From positions 17,579-81,578 of the forward strand of contig CAYHJF010000003.1 of assembly GCA_964356915.1 (NCBI GenBank): a DNA stretch of 64,000 nucleotides, read 5' to 3'. Under the pieces are notes generated by a model that was not told the DNA's origin, did no database searches, and worked only from the letters and a program-made list of their open reading frames with translations. Position 1 is the stretch's first letter; each line of letters begins with the position of its first letter. Source of the DNA: an uncultured Candidatus Saccharibacteria bacterium. GTDB taxonomy: Bacteria; Patescibacteriota; Minisyncoccia; Ryanbacterales; GWA2-47-10b. The position numbers were made by a program, and so were the translations under genes. This document shows positions 27,941-37,962 of this stretch, in pieces.

Positions 27941-28799
27941 CGAGTACATACGCACCAATATATTTTATATTCCAAGGCTGTGCGCGCATCGCATCCCAAA
28001 GATATTGTCGCGCATCTCCATCCATATGACGTAGCGCGTATGCGTGACCAAGACGATAATTTTGACGCGCGTATACTGATGGAAATAACAGAAATTCTTC
28101 ACGATGTTTATCAAATGTTTTTCTACGCGCCTCTAGCCGCCTTCCTTGGTTACTCGTCAAACTATCTCCCATAACTACCGCTCGTACACCCACCATTGAA
28201 ATAAAAATAAACTCGTACTCACGTGCAATTCGCAACCAAAAATCCCAGTCCTCAAGCCAATTAAGCGCCTCGTCAAAATAGCCTATACGGTCAATACATT
28301 CTCGACGCACCAAAGCAACCTGCATAGTAATAAAATTACCCTCCAGTAATTTCTGGTACAAATTACCGCTCGTTGGATGAAAATTCAGAGCAGGAACAAG
28401 GACTGTTGAGGCATCTCGCATCGTCTTTTCAAGGCGCGTATACACCACTCCGACATGAGTTGAAGCCTGCTCGAGCACTGGCACTTGTTCTTCAAGCTTT
28501 TGAGACGTCCATTCATCATCTGAGTCTTGAAAGGCAAAAAATACTCCGCGAGCTGCCCGCAAACCCGTGTTTCGACTTACAGCAAGACCTTTATTAACAT
28601 CATGCCTCACATATCGAACACGCTCATCGCCGAAACTCTCCACGACTTCTTTTGTATTATCGATTGATCCATCATCGACAACAACGAGCTCGAAATCCTT
28701 ATACGTTTGCTCGAGTACGCTCTTTATTGCCTTCGGCAAAATATACGCACGGTTGTACGTAGTGAGAATAATGCTTACCTTTGGCACGCGAGTCGTCAT
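27867..28799 (-). CDS. GT2 family glycosyltransferase (cytoplasmic, non-polyprenyl type).
   Basis: VSIILTTYNRAYILPKAIKSVLEQTYKDFELVVVDDGSIDNT...FQDSDDEW. Confidence 0.8.
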   Translation of the reverse strand: MTTRVPKVSIILTTYNRAYILPKAIKSVLEQTYKDFELVVVDDGSIDNTKEVVESFGDERVRYVRHDVNKGLAVSRNTGLRAARGVFFAFQDSDDEWTSQKLEEQVPVLEQASTHVGVVYTRLEKTMRDASTVLVPALNFHPTSGNLYQKLLEGNFITMQVALVRRECIDRIGYFDEALNWLEDWDFWLRIAREYEFIFISMVGVRAVVMGDSLTSNQGRRLEARRKTFDKHREEFLLFPSVYARQNYRLGHAYALRHMDGDARQYLWDAMRAQPWNIKYIGAYVLVRLPKGWYRAVASVFGRGKQAMHS

Positions 28800-28820
28800 G
28801 ATAGTAAAAACTTCTCCTTC

Positions 28821-29447
28821 CTATTTCTTTATTTTTAATAAAAAAAAGTGATGAGATGGATGCTCTGGCATTCGATACGATTTCAAAATCTGAAAATAAT
28901 GCCGGATATCATCCTCACATCGCTTGAGCGTAATACCATTTACCCCAATCTCCCAGTGATGCCCTCGTACATCCTGAGAAAAATCTCGCATAATCGTCCC
29001 TCGTTTTTCATAAAAAAACTTTACTCGTCCTACAATTGGTAAATTCGCATTCAGGCTATACCATGGCGTGTTGTTGGGGATAGAAACAACAGCATATGTT
29101 GTAATACGAGCGATTTCTTCCAACGCATGCGAAAACTGATCATATGGAATATGTTCAAGAACTTCAGCAGCAAGCACTACATCAAATTGTCGATCTGTGA
29201 AATGAGTCTTCTTTGTAATATCGCCTACGACATCTGGCGCAAGTTCACTATCAATATCCATTGTTGTCGTCTGAATATTATTCTGCGCTAAATAGTTTTT
29301 CACAAAACCATTTCCATGTCCTATCTCAAGTACCGCGCGAGGTGTCACAGAACATACCTCCGAAATCTGATGCCAATAACTCAAAAACCTCCGCTTTGAG
29401 TCGTAGATATTTCTGTGATAATGGCGAGCCTCTGGTTGCGTGGGCAT
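28821..29447 (-). CDS. Class I SAM-dependent methyltransferase (paralog of 34884..35501).
   Basis: LEIGHGNGFVKNYLAQNNIQTTTMDID...FDVVLAAEVLEHIPYD. Confidence 0.7.
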   Translation of the reverse strand: MPTQPEARHYHRNIYDSKRRFLSYWHQISEVCSVTPRAVLEIGHGNGFVKNYLAQNNIQTTTMDIDSELAPDVVGDITKKTHFTDRQFDVVLAAEVLEHIPYDQFSHALEEIARITTYAVVSIPNNTPWYSLNANLPIVGRVKFFYEKRGTIMRDFSQDVRGHHWEIGVNGITLKRCEDDIRHYFQILKSYRMPEHPSHHFFLLKIKK

Positions 29448-29577
29448 AATAAAATTATGACTATAAAAAACTCCTTACACTACCTTGTAGAATAGCCTGC
29501 GCCTGTAAAAAAGAAAAGAAAAAATCGCCTACACTAATAATTGCTTTTTTGTCATTTTATGGCATAGTTCTACTATT

Positions 29578-30522
29578 ATGCAGGATGTGCATTCTACGAA
29601 ATTATCGATCGTTATTCCCATATATAACGAGGCAGGAAACGTAGCTCCCCTCCACAAAGAGCTCCTCCAAATACTCAGAACACTTGGGCATTCATTTGAA
29701 ATTATCTTCATTGATGACGGCTCTCGAGACACCACATCAAAGGAACTCTCACTCTTACATCCTGCGCGCGTCATCTCTTTCACCAGAAACTTTGGGAAGT
29801 CACAAGCACTCCTCGCAGGTTTTGAGGCAGCTCAAGGTGAGATTATCATCACTATGGATGGAGACCTGCAAGATGATCCTCACGAAATTCCAAACTTTCT
29901 CACTGAACTCGAAAAGGGATACGACTTGGTATGTGGGTGGAAACGCTCGCGCCAAGATTCTTCTACTAAAATCATTGCGTCTAAAATTGCCAACTGGATA
30001 ACACGTGTAACCATGGGGCTATCCATTCATGATATGAATTGCTGTTTTAAAGCCTATCGTAGTCATGTCGCAAAAGAACTTCACCTTCACGGAGACCTAC
30101 ATCGATATATTCCCGTTCTCGTACACTCAAACGGATATCGCATTACTGAAATCCCCGTCCATCACCGCCTACGCATACACGGCATTTCAAAATATGGCTT
30201 TGGAAGATTCTTTAATAGCTCATTTGATTTTTTAACACTTCTTTTCACCCGACGATTCGCCGATCGCCCACTCCATTTTTTCGGTCCAATTGGAATACTT
30301 TCTACACTAACTGGAATGAGCATCCTTGGGTATCTTGCGTGGATTAAAATCTTTGACCACGCGCTCATCGGAGGACGTCCACTTCTAATCTTGGGTACTC
30401 TCCTCTTTCTTGTGGGCATTCAATTTCTATCACTTGGATTACTTGGTGACCTTTTCATCAAACAAACTTCTCGCATACAAAAAACGTTCGTTATCAAAAA
30501 TACACGCAATCAAGAATCCTAA
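29578..30522 (+). CDS. GT2 polyprenyl-phosphate glycosyltransferase (GtrB/ArnC-like) with a C-terminal TM pair.
   Basis: LSIVIPIYNEAGNVAPLHKEL...IIFIDDGSRDTT...TMDGDLQDDPHEIPNF, with two C-terminal TM helices. Confidence 0.8.
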   Translation: MQDVHSTKLSIVIPIYNEAGNVAPLHKELLQILRTLGHSFEIIFIDDGSRDTTSKELSLLHPARVISFTRNFGKSQALLAGFEAAQGEIIITMDGDLQDDPHEIPNFLTELEKGYDLVCGWKRSRQDSSTKIIASKIANWITRVTMGLSIHDMNCCFKAYRSHVAKELHLHGDLHRYIPVLVHSNGYRITEIPVHHRLRIHGISKYGFGRFFNSSFDFLTLLFTRRFADRPLHFFGPIGILSTLTGMSILGYLAWIKIFDHALIGGRPLLILGTLLFLVGIQFLSLGLLGDLFIKQTSRIQKTFVIKNTRNQES

Positions 30523-30528
30523 TATCTC

Positions 30529-31887
30529 ATGTCTTCATTCTTCGATCTTATCGCGAAGAGAAAAAGTATTCGTAGTTTTCTCTCCGATGTTCCATCAAGA
30601 GAGATTGTAACGAACATTATTCAGGCGGGTATCTCTGCCCCAACAAACTGCAACCAGCAACTCTGGGATTTTATTGTCGTTACAAATAGCGATACAAAAG
30701 AACGTCTCATTAAAGAAGCGGCATCTAACACGCTCATTCGACGCGCACCTATCGCGATTGTTATTACATATGATGGATGGAACTACAAAGAAGCCATTCA
30801 AGGAGCAAGCCTAGCACTTGGACATATGCTTCTTGCCGCCGAAGAGCTTGGCGTAGGAGCGCTTCCCATGAACAGCTATGGGGCGGACTCTAAAATCAAA
30901 TCAATTCTCGGCATTCCTGATAGCAATACAATCTGTTGCTTTATGCTCATAGGCTATCCCGATGAGCGCGCCCAACGCACCACTCCTGTTAATCGTAGAC
31001 CAGTAAACGAAACGATTCATTGGGAACGATTTCAAACGCGTAATAAAGCGCCTTACACCTATGACCCGTCTGACTGGACACTTGATCACCTCCGCATGCA
31101 TCAAGCATACTATTCGCGAAAAACTTTTGCGGGCAAAGAAATGGATATTATGAATTCTTATGAACGCCTTGTAGTAAAAGAAATTCTATCAAAAAAATCG
31201 GGCCCTATTGCCGATATCTTTTCCTACGATGGTGCATACCTGCGTGAATTCCCAGACGTACCTCTCACAACAATCGATACTACGCCTGAAACCGCAAACT
31301 ACACAAAAGCAGCCCTAGCGCTTTCCACGCAAGAAAAAAACACGCCTACCAATCATGTAGTATATGATAAAAATTCGAAAAAACTTTTACAGTCTCCCCT
31401 ACAAACCATAACTCTTATTTACAAACTAGAACGCACGCCCTTCAATCTCCGAGAACATCTCTTTAAACAAATATATGAATCTCTCTCGGATCAAGGAGAG
31501 CTAATTATTGTAGCCCGCAAAAGCAATATTTTTCTTTGGTTATACTTTTTTATAATCAAGACTCTCTTTGGCAATGACATTCGTAAAACTGGTATTTATG
31601 CATTTTTTGGACCATACGAACCAATCTCCCGCACACGCACTCTCCATGAACTTCGTCGTGCTGGATTTACTACTATCACATGGTTCGGGCTCTTCCCCAT
31701 CCCTCCTTTTTATGAACAAGCCTACCAGATGTTTCTTCAGTACCGTAAAAGTGAGGGATCGAGCTATCTACACCGCGAGGTACGCGTCAATATCATTACT
31801 AAGATTATTGGCGCACTGCTACGTATACAAGGGATGACTCAGTATGGGATCTTTGGCTCAACGATTGTCATTACATGCAAAAAATAG
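30529..31887 (+). CDS. Nitroreductase-family domain (aa 1-170) fused to a roughly 280-aa C-terminal domain of unclear fold, possibly a degenerate Rossmann/methyltransferase-like domain.
   Basis: FFDLIAKRKSIRSFLSDVPSREIVTNIIQAGISAPTNCNQQLWDFIVVTNSDTKERL...LGHMLLAAEELGVGALPMNSY is the nitroreductase fold. The C-terminal IADIFSYDGAYL / LSDQGELIIV resemble methyltransferase motifs I and IV only weakly. Confidence 0.6.
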   Translation: MSSFFDLIAKRKSIRSFLSDVPSREIVTNIIQAGISAPTNCNQQLWDFIVVTNSDTKERLIKEAASNTLIRRAPIAIVITYDGWNYKEAIQGASLALGHMLLAAEELGVGALPMNSYGADSKIKSILGIPDSNTICCFMLIGYPDERAQRTTPVNRRPVNETIHWERFQTRNKAPYTYDPSDWTLDHLRMHQAYYSRKTFAGKEMDIMNSYERLVVKEILSKKSGPIADIFSYDGAYLREFPDVPLTTIDTTPETANYTKAALALSTQEKNTPTNHVVYDKNSKKLLQSPLQTITLIYKLERTPFNLREHLFKQIYESLSDQGELIIVARKSNIFLWLYFFIIKTLFGNDIRKTGIYAFFGPYEPISRTRTLHELRRAGFTTITWFGLFPIPPFYEQAYQMFLQYRKSEGSSYLHREVRVNIITKIIGALLRIQGMTQYGIFGSTIVITCKK

Positions 31888-33479
31888 AAACAAACCCATA
31901 TCTTGAGTCTGTATTAGAGGCTACACCCAGACTACTCACTCAACTCAACCGTAATCCTCTCGCACACACCTACGGGTCTTTCGACCGAGCATATTGGCAC
32001 TTTCGTACAAATATGACTCAATCAGCCCGCTATCAGGAAGCAACTCTTACGCTCGCTCTTCTGTATGTCCATGATTTTGAAGGCAATATATATCATCATA
32101 ATAACCAAATTCTCGAATGGATTAATGCGAGTCTTACCTACACAGCATCCATCCAGCGCGCCGATGGCTCATTCGATGAATGGTACCCGTACGAAGGATC
32201 TTATGTTGCAACAGCATTTGTAAGCGCCGCTCTTGCCGAGACAGTTCGTATAATCTCCAAAGAAAAAATCTCAAATTATGCCTCCATAGAAACAATGCTA
32301 AAAAAAAGTGGTGCATGGCTTCTTCATCACACTGAAAACTCAGCGTGGAACCAACTTGCCGGAGGCATGCTTGCACTTGAGCGCATCGGACAACTCTTCG
32401 GTGAACAAAAATTTAAAACTGGCGCGTATACACAGGCAACTCGCATTAAAAATTATCAATCAAAAGAAGGTTGGTGGCCAGAATATGGAGGCCCCGACAT
32501 CGGATACCTATCACTCATGATTGATTATCTCGCAAAATATATAGAAAGCTCAACTGACACAAGACTCCTTCCTGAGCTCACTCGATCAACGACATTCATT
32601 ACCTATTTTCTACACCCAAATTTTACTACCGGAGGAGAGTATGGTTCACGTAATACTGAATATCTCATCCCATCAGGATTTTCTATACTCGCACCCAATG
32701 ATCAAAATGCCTCCTTGGTGGCAAGTTTTATAGAAACAAGCCTTTTACAGAACATAGGAATTCACCCAAAAACGCTCGACGACCGCTACCTTTGCTATAT
32801 TCTGTATAATTGGCTCGAAGCAGGACTTCATCATCAAGCGCCAAATCAGACCATCGCTGAATATATTCAAAATCGCCGGTTCGATATCTTTTTTCCTGAA
32901 TCCGGGATTCGTGCTTTGCAAAATAACGCATATTACTTTGTAACTAACTTAAAAAAAGGAGGACCCTTTCGACTCTATACAAAGCATAATATATACATCG
33001 ATTCGGGTATTGAATGTACGGTCAATGAGTTGCGCCTTACTTCGAATACTATTAATATTGGGTACGCAACCAAACAAGACACCACAACACTAGAAGTATC
33101 TGGATATCTCAAACACGCTCAAATGCGCCCCCTTGGAACACTTTCCGGAATAAGCCTGATAATCTTTCAATATACATTTGGCCGCTTACCTTGGATGCAA
33201 AAACTCATAAAGAAAATATTCCGCAGTCTGCTCATTACATCTCCAAAAAAATCTACCGTACCATTTCGCCGAACAATTACGCTACATGAAGACTTTATAA
33301 CTACCCAGGATGTTATAGAAGCATCTATCCCCCTAAAAAAACCTATCGTTGGTAAAAAAACATCGTACGCACTCATCCCAAGCGCTCAGTACTTTACACC
33401 TCAGGATATAACCCCTACGCACGAGCACGCTATCACTCACGAACACTCTCGAACAATTATAAAACGTCATCTCGCATAA
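31875..33479 (+). CDS. Hypothetical 534-aa protein with QW-like motifs suggesting an alpha/alpha-toroid fold.
   Basis: QRADGSFDEWYP and QSKEGWWPEYGGPDIGY resemble the Q-x3-G-[FW]-W repeats of squalene-cyclase/prenyltransferase-type toroids. I recognise no firm family. Confidence 0.3.
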   Translation: MQKIETNPYLESVLEATPRLLTQLNRNPLAHTYGSFDRAYWHFRTNMTQSARYQEATLTLALLYVHDFEGNIYHHNNQILEWINASLTYTASIQRADGSFDEWYPYEGSYVATAFVSAALAETVRIISKEKISNYASIETMLKKSGAWLLHHTENSAWNQLAGGMLALERIGQLFGEQKFKTGAYTQATRIKNYQSKEGWWPEYGGPDIGYLSLMIDYLAKYIESSTDTRLLPELTRSTTFITYFLHPNFTTGGEYGSRNTEYLIPSGFSILAPNDQNASLVASFIETSLLQNIGIHPKTLDDRYLCYILYNWLEAGLHHQAPNQTIAEYIQNRRFDIFFPESGIRALQNNAYYFVTNLKKGGPFRLYTKHNIYIDSGIECTVNELRLTSNTINIGYATKQDTTTLEVSGYLKHAQMRPLGTLSGISLIIFQYTFGRLPWMQKLIKKIFRSLLITSPKKSTVPFRRTITLHEDFITTQDVIEASIPLKKPIVGKKTSYALIPSAQYFTPQDITPTHEHAITHEHSRTIIKRHLA

Positions 33480-33490
33480 CTACGCACTTC

Positions 33491-34195
33491 ATGCATCGAT
33501 TTGAATTCAAATACCAACTCGATCCCGTCCAAACCCTTGAAGCACGCTCTTTTTTGAATCGTATCATGCAACGCGATTCCTATGCTCCTCAAGGATGGTA
33601 TTCGGTAATCAGCGTCTACTTTGATTCGATCGGGCTTCGCGATTACTACGAAAAATGCGGCGGTTTTTTAAACCGTAAAAAAATCCGCCTCCGAACATAC
33701 GAGGGTGCTGGACGATACTGGCTTGAGATGAAAGCAAAACATGATATGGGATTTCGAAAAGTACGCGCTGAGATTATTGAGCAAGACTGGCATGATTGCA
33801 TTGATCACAACTTAACACGCATACTCAGTCGTATCCGCCCAGCTCAAGATCAGTTAGCCCTCGAAGAACTCCTCGGCATCATCATCGGGGAAGCGCGAAG
33901 ACCAAGTGCATTCATTCGATATCGACGAACTCCCCTTGTATTTGGAACTCTGTCAGACCCTATCCGTATGACATTCGATGAACAAATAGAAGCATCTTTC
34001 GACATAGGTCTCGATACCCCTCAATCAATAACATCCATCCTCCCCCACGGTTCAATTTTAGAAGTTAAATTTGCCAAAACACTCCCGTCATGGTTTGGAA
34101 CACTCGTCCGACAACTTCACTTGACCCGCACCAGCTTTTCCAAATATGCTAATGCTATCGACGCACTACACCGCTATAAGCCTTTACCAAAATAA
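33491..34195 (+). CDS. VTC-domain protein (CYTH-like triphosphate-tunnel fold), bacterial type.
   Basis: MHRFEFKYQLDPVQTLEARSFLNRIM...YSVISVYFDSIGLRDYYEKCGGFLNRKKIRLRTYEGAGRYWLEMKAKHDMGFRKVRAEI matches the RxExKY...SlYFDt...RxKxRxR...EiKxK pattern of VTC domains. Confidence 0.65.
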   Translation: MHRFEFKYQLDPVQTLEARSFLNRIMQRDSYAPQGWYSVISVYFDSIGLRDYYEKCGGFLNRKKIRLRTYEGAGRYWLEMKAKHDMGFRKVRAEIIEQDWHDCIDHNLTRILSRIRPAQDQLALEELLGIIIGEARRPSAFIRYRRTPLVFGTLSDPIRMTFDEQIEASFDIGLDTPQSITSILPHGSILEVKFAKTLPSWFGTLVRQLHLTRTSFSKYANAIDALHRYKPLPK

Positions 34196-34203
34196 AAAAA
34201 CCT

Positions 34204-34887
34204 ATGAACCAAAACTTTCTCACTAACTTCTATAACCTGACTCAAACTGAACTGAGCGCTACCGTAATCGTATTCAATATACTCTTCTCGTTTACTCTCG
34301 CCTACGGGGTTGTATGGGTCTGGCGCAAAACCCACAAGGGTCTTTCCTACTCTCAATCATTTGCCGTTACTCTTGTCATGATCGCGCCACTCGCATCAGC
34401 AGTCATGATGATCGTACAAAATAATCTTATCGGAGCATTCGCGCTTCTTGGAGCATTTTCACTCATCCGTTTCCGCACCATCATGAAAGAAACGCGCGAC
34501 ATTGCCTTTCTTTTCTTCGCTCTCACGATTGGCGTCTCCGTTGGTACGGGTTATTACTCTGTCTCCATTCTTACGACTGGAATTGTCTCTAGCCTCATAC
34601 TCATCTTATACCGCTACAATTTTGCTTCCGCCTCAGGGACAGGATTCTTACTCACCTTTCACTCATCAACCGCGCTTGATGCAAATACTATTGAATTACT
34701 CTTTGGCGAATTTCTAAAGTCTCACGCTCTACTCCATGAAAAAGCATCCGCAGATGGCTTAGAGTTTGCCTACTCTCTTCACTTTAAAAAAGAAGGTCTG
34801 GAACGCGCATTCGTTGATCGCATACGCTCAATTGCGAGTGTTACCGACGCATTTTTGCTCACCGGCAAAGACTCAATCGAGTACTAG
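34204..34887 (+). CDS. DUF4956-like membrane protein, the usual partner of bacterial VTC-domain proteins.
   Basis: Four or five TM helices with LLGAFSLIRFRTIMKETRDIAFLF, matching my memory of the DUF4956 sLIRFRt motif. It is 8 bp downstream of the VTC gene. Confidence 0.5.
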   Translation: MNQNFLTNFYNLTQTELSATVIVFNILFSFTLAYGVVWVWRKTHKGLSYSQSFAVTLVMIAPLASAVMMIVQNNLIGAFALLGAFSLIRFRTIMKETRDIAFLFFALTIGVSVGTGYYSVSILTTGIVSSLILILYRYNFASASGTGFLLTFHSSTALDANTIELLFGEFLKSHALLHEKASADGLEFAYSLHFKKEGLERAFVDRIRSIASVTDAFLLTGKDSIEY

Positions 34888-35501
34888 CTCTTTTTCTCTA
34901 GTATAAAAAAACGATGATATGGGTTTTCAAAAACCCTATACGTTTTTATAATTCGGAAACCTATGTTTTCAAGATCGCTCGTAATACGACGAAGCGAAAA
35001 TTTACTTTTCCCAATTTCCCAATGATGACCGCTTTTCGTTAGTATATGTGTTTTTGCAACCAAACGCGGGACTGTATACACGCGCCGCCAGATACCAAGA
35101 CCAGGAATCGGCAACTGAATTGGCAATGAACGCGTTGCGTCAGGGAATGAGACTATCACGCCTTGGCGAGAGACTCTATAGAGCTCACGAAGTGCTAATA
35201 ACGCATCACTGTATGGCATATGTTCGAGTACTTCATATGCGACTGCGAGATCAAACTCTTTATCTTGAAACGGCATACTGCGTGCATCAGCAACATAATC
35301 CGGACCCAGGGCTGAATCCAGATCAACAGTCGTCACTTGCATATCAATCGCCCGTAAATACCTACTCACAAAACCACTACCCACTCCAACTTCAAGAACC
35401 TCTTTTGGGTTACGTGTTATGACTTCAGCAATCTGATGCCAATAACTCGCAAAACGCCTCTTGGAATCATATTTTAAATTATGATAGTGACTTTCTTGCA
35501 T
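34884..35501 (-). CDS. Class I SAM-dependent methyltransferase (paralog of 28821..29447).
   Basis: LEVGVGSGFVSRYLRAIDMQVTTVDLD...FDLAVAYEVLEHMPY. It shares a HYH(N)xKYDSKRRFxSYWHQIxEV N-terminus with the paralog. I chose the MQESHYH start (35501) by alignment to the paralog. Confidence 0.7.
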   Translation of the reverse strand: MQESHYHNLKYDSKRRFASYWHQIAEVITRNPKEVLEVGVGSGFVSRYLRAIDMQVTTVDLDSALGPDYVADARSMPFQDKEFDLAVAYEVLEHMPYSDALLALRELYRVSRQGVIVSFPDATRSLPIQLPIPGLGIWRRVYTVPRLVAKTHILTKSGHHWEIGKSKFSLRRITSDLENIGFRIIKTYRVFENPYHRFFILEKKS

Positions 35502-36801
35502 AGTATTCTTTAATGCGCACAGTCGCATAACACGCGAGGATAAGGAGTAATGGATTAATAGGATATCTTAATCGCGCTCCAACACCAAACCCAGTACTCA
35601 CGACGGTAGCGCTAATGAAATATGTAATATAAGTAAGGAAGAACAGTGCCTCAACACGATACTCTTGATAGAGCATATAGAGACCAAATATCGAAAGCAG
35701 TGCAATTATCTTCCACATAATCTTTCCTACAATCACCGCAACTAACTCGGGCGCACGTAACTCACGCGCAGCCGCAAGTACCTTAGACGGCCAATCTCGC
35801 ATCACGAGAACTGGAGGTGTTAGATAATTATGATGTGGCTTTATTTGTTCCTGTTGAGGCTTTTCAAAAAATACAGAGTACCCCTCATTTGTGAGCATCG
35901 CCGCAGTACTAAGTGCGCTCGCCACTATAAATTCCCGTGGATATTCGGTGACAAAAATCTTTAACGCAGCCCCTGTACTCTTACATCGCTCCAGTACTGA
36001 CTGATACTCGGGCAACGGATTTGTAAGAGACCAGTTCGTTGAATCAACATGATACTTAGTCGCCATAACTGCCGTAAGCTCCCAGCTGCATAGATTGCCC
36101 TTATCATCCTGTGTCATATCAAGAACACCAAACGTATGATAATTACGCGCGACCCATGGACTCAATATAAGCGCTACAATAAAACAAAATTTTAACGCAG
36201 CACGCCGATCGCGCCAAAAAAGAAATAGGAAAGTAAAAACGACTACATATAATGCTACAGGCTTTGTGTATATTGCAATCAGTAGCCCGCTTGTCATCCC
36301 CCAAAATGCCCTTCGCTCTCTCTCTCGCAAAAAAATAATTCCATAATACAAATATATTAAAAGCGTGAGCACTAATAACGGCTCTGGCATAATAAGAATA
36401 TGCATCGCAGACATCAGGGGCTCAAAAGAAACAAAAAGCGCTGGGATAAGCGCCATTCGCTCTGAAAGCCAGAATCGGCCTATTCGATAGGTATACACCG
36501 CGATACCTGCTGCAATAAAACATTGAATGAGTGATACTACAACCAATCCGTATGGAAAACCCCAATCAAAAAAACCGACAATAAAAGGATAGAGCGGGGT
36601 TCGAATCGCGTTTGGTCTATAGCCTACAGTATTAGCAAACGTCTCACTAAACCCATGCCCCTGAAAGATATGCCTTCCTATATCGACATACAGCGCGGAG
36701 TCACTCCACACAAGGCGCCCTACCCCAAATACACATATAAATAAAACTAGTAACACAAACTTCACACTCAAGACACCAAAAAAAATCTTCCGTTCACTCA
36801 T
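35479..36801 (-). CDS. GT-C fold membrane glycosyltransferase (ArnT/PMT-like).
   Basis: Polytopic. WSDSALYVDIGRHIFQGHGF...RTPLYPFIVGFF is a typical first-loop region of PMT_2-family enzymes. Confidence 0.6.
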   Translation of the reverse strand: MSERKIFFGVLSVKFVLLVLFICVFGVGRLVWSDSALYVDIGRHIFQGHGFSETFANTVGYRPNAIRTPLYPFIVGFFDWGFPYGLVVVSLIQCFIAAGIAVYTYRIGRFWLSERMALIPALFVSFEPLMSAMHILIMPEPLLVLTLLIYLYYGIIFLRERERRAFWGMTSGLLIAIYTKPVALYVVVFTFLFLFWRDRRAALKFCFIVALILSPWVARNYHTFGVLDMTQDDKGNLCSWELTAVMATKYHVDSTNWSLTNPLPEYQSVLERCKSTGAALKIFVTEYPREFIVASALSTAAMLTNEGYSVFFEKPQQEQIKPHHNYLTPPVLVMRDWPSKVLAAARELRAPELVAVIVGKIMWKIIALLSIFGLYMLYQEYRVEALFFLTYITYFISATVVSTGFGVGARLRYPINPLLLILACYATVRIKEYYARKSLS

Positions 36802-37205
36802 TATCGAGGTAGTAATACAAGAACTATGCCAAGTAAAATTGCCACGATACCTGTCACTTGAAGTACCGTAAGCGTCTCACGAAAAAATATATATGACAAA
36901 ATCGTAATCAGCACAAGTGCCGAACCCGTAGCAACTGGGTAGAGCATATTAAGCTGTAAGCGTGAAAGCACGAGTATATAAAGAAAAAAACTTACCCCGT
37001 AAAGCACCATCCCGCCGAGTAAAAACATATTCTTGAGTGGCTCAAGAATAATTGAAAATGATACGCCCTGTCCTGAAAGACGCGCCGCGCCCGTACGAAG
37101 CAACAGTTGAGCCGCTACCGTTAGCGTGATATCAACAATAAGTAATGCGTAAGCCATACTAGCAGTCATACTGCCAAGAATAATCAATAACCAAACATAT
37201 TTCAA
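36801..37205 (-). CDS. Small 4-TM DMT/EamA-like transporter (ArnE/ArnF-type lipid-linked sugar flippase candidate).
   Basis: 134 aa with 4 TM helices. It overlaps the GT-C gene by 1 bp. Confidence 0.5.
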   Translation of the reverse strand: MKYVWLLIILGSMTASMAYALLIVDITLTVAAQLLLRTGAARLSGQGVSFSIILEPLKNMFLLGGMVLYGVSFFLYILVLSRLQLNMLYPVATGSALVLITILSYIFFRETLTVLQVTGIVAILLGIVLVLLPR

Positions 37206-37223
37206 ATATGAAAAACGAAATGA

Positions 37224-37961
37224 TTGACAATCAAAAAAATTTGTGCTAAAAGAAATTTGGAGGCTCTCGTGCTTGTACTTTCAAGCCAACTCGCACGTAT
37301 TCTCGCCTATCTCGAGGAATCGATTTACCGCAAAGACCTCGTTGGATCCGGACATGATCACACACATATCCAACGTCTCCTTGCCATGCGCAGAGTGGTA
37401 TGGGATGAACTGCATATTGAATACCCCCTCCTAAGTCCTACCGACGCTGAGGTATTAGATCTTGCGTTACTCTTTCATGATCTCAATCGATCCCGAGACA
37501 TGCGTGGACGACACGTAAGAGAAGCGCGTGAATTATTTATGGGCACAACGATACGCAGAGAGGGCTTCTCAGAGCAAACGATCATAGCGGTCATTGATAT
37601 AGTTGAGATGAGCCATGAGAAAGACCATGATGAAGAGCCTATTTTGCTAACGCTCCTTCGTGACCTCGACAAATCAGATATGGGTGCGTTCGGTATCCTA
37701 CGTATGCAGGGAGTCGCCGATGAACGAGGTTACGGATACTTCCAACCCCATGACTTTGATCAAACCGTACCGGCAACCGAAGGAGACGAAAATCTCGGAT
37801 CAGTCGTAGATGACCTCAGATTCTGTCTTGAGTGGTGGGATAATCCAAAATTTGCCATTCGTAGCAGCGTCATCCGAAATAAAGTAGCACATCGTTTTGC
37901 ATTCATGCGTACATTCCTCGCGCAGCTCGAATACGAGGCGCGGGAACTCAATCTTATCTAG
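37224..37961 (+). CDS. HD-domain phosphohydrolase.
   Basis: VGSGHDHTHIQRLL...LALLFHDLNRSRD: H..HD motifs. Confidence 0.7.
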   Translation: MTIKKICAKRNLEALVLVLSSQLARILAYLEESIYRKDLVGSGHDHTHIQRLLAMRRVVWDELHIEYPLLSPTDAEVLDLALLFHDLNRSRDMRGRHVREARELFMGTTIRREGFSEQTIIAVIDIVEMSHEKDHDEEPILLTLLRDLDKSDMGAFGILRMQGVADERGYGYFQPHDFDQTVPATEGDENLGSVVDDLRFCLEWWDNPKFAIRSSVIRNKVAHRFAFMRTFLAQLEYEARELNLI

Positions 37962-37962
37962 G

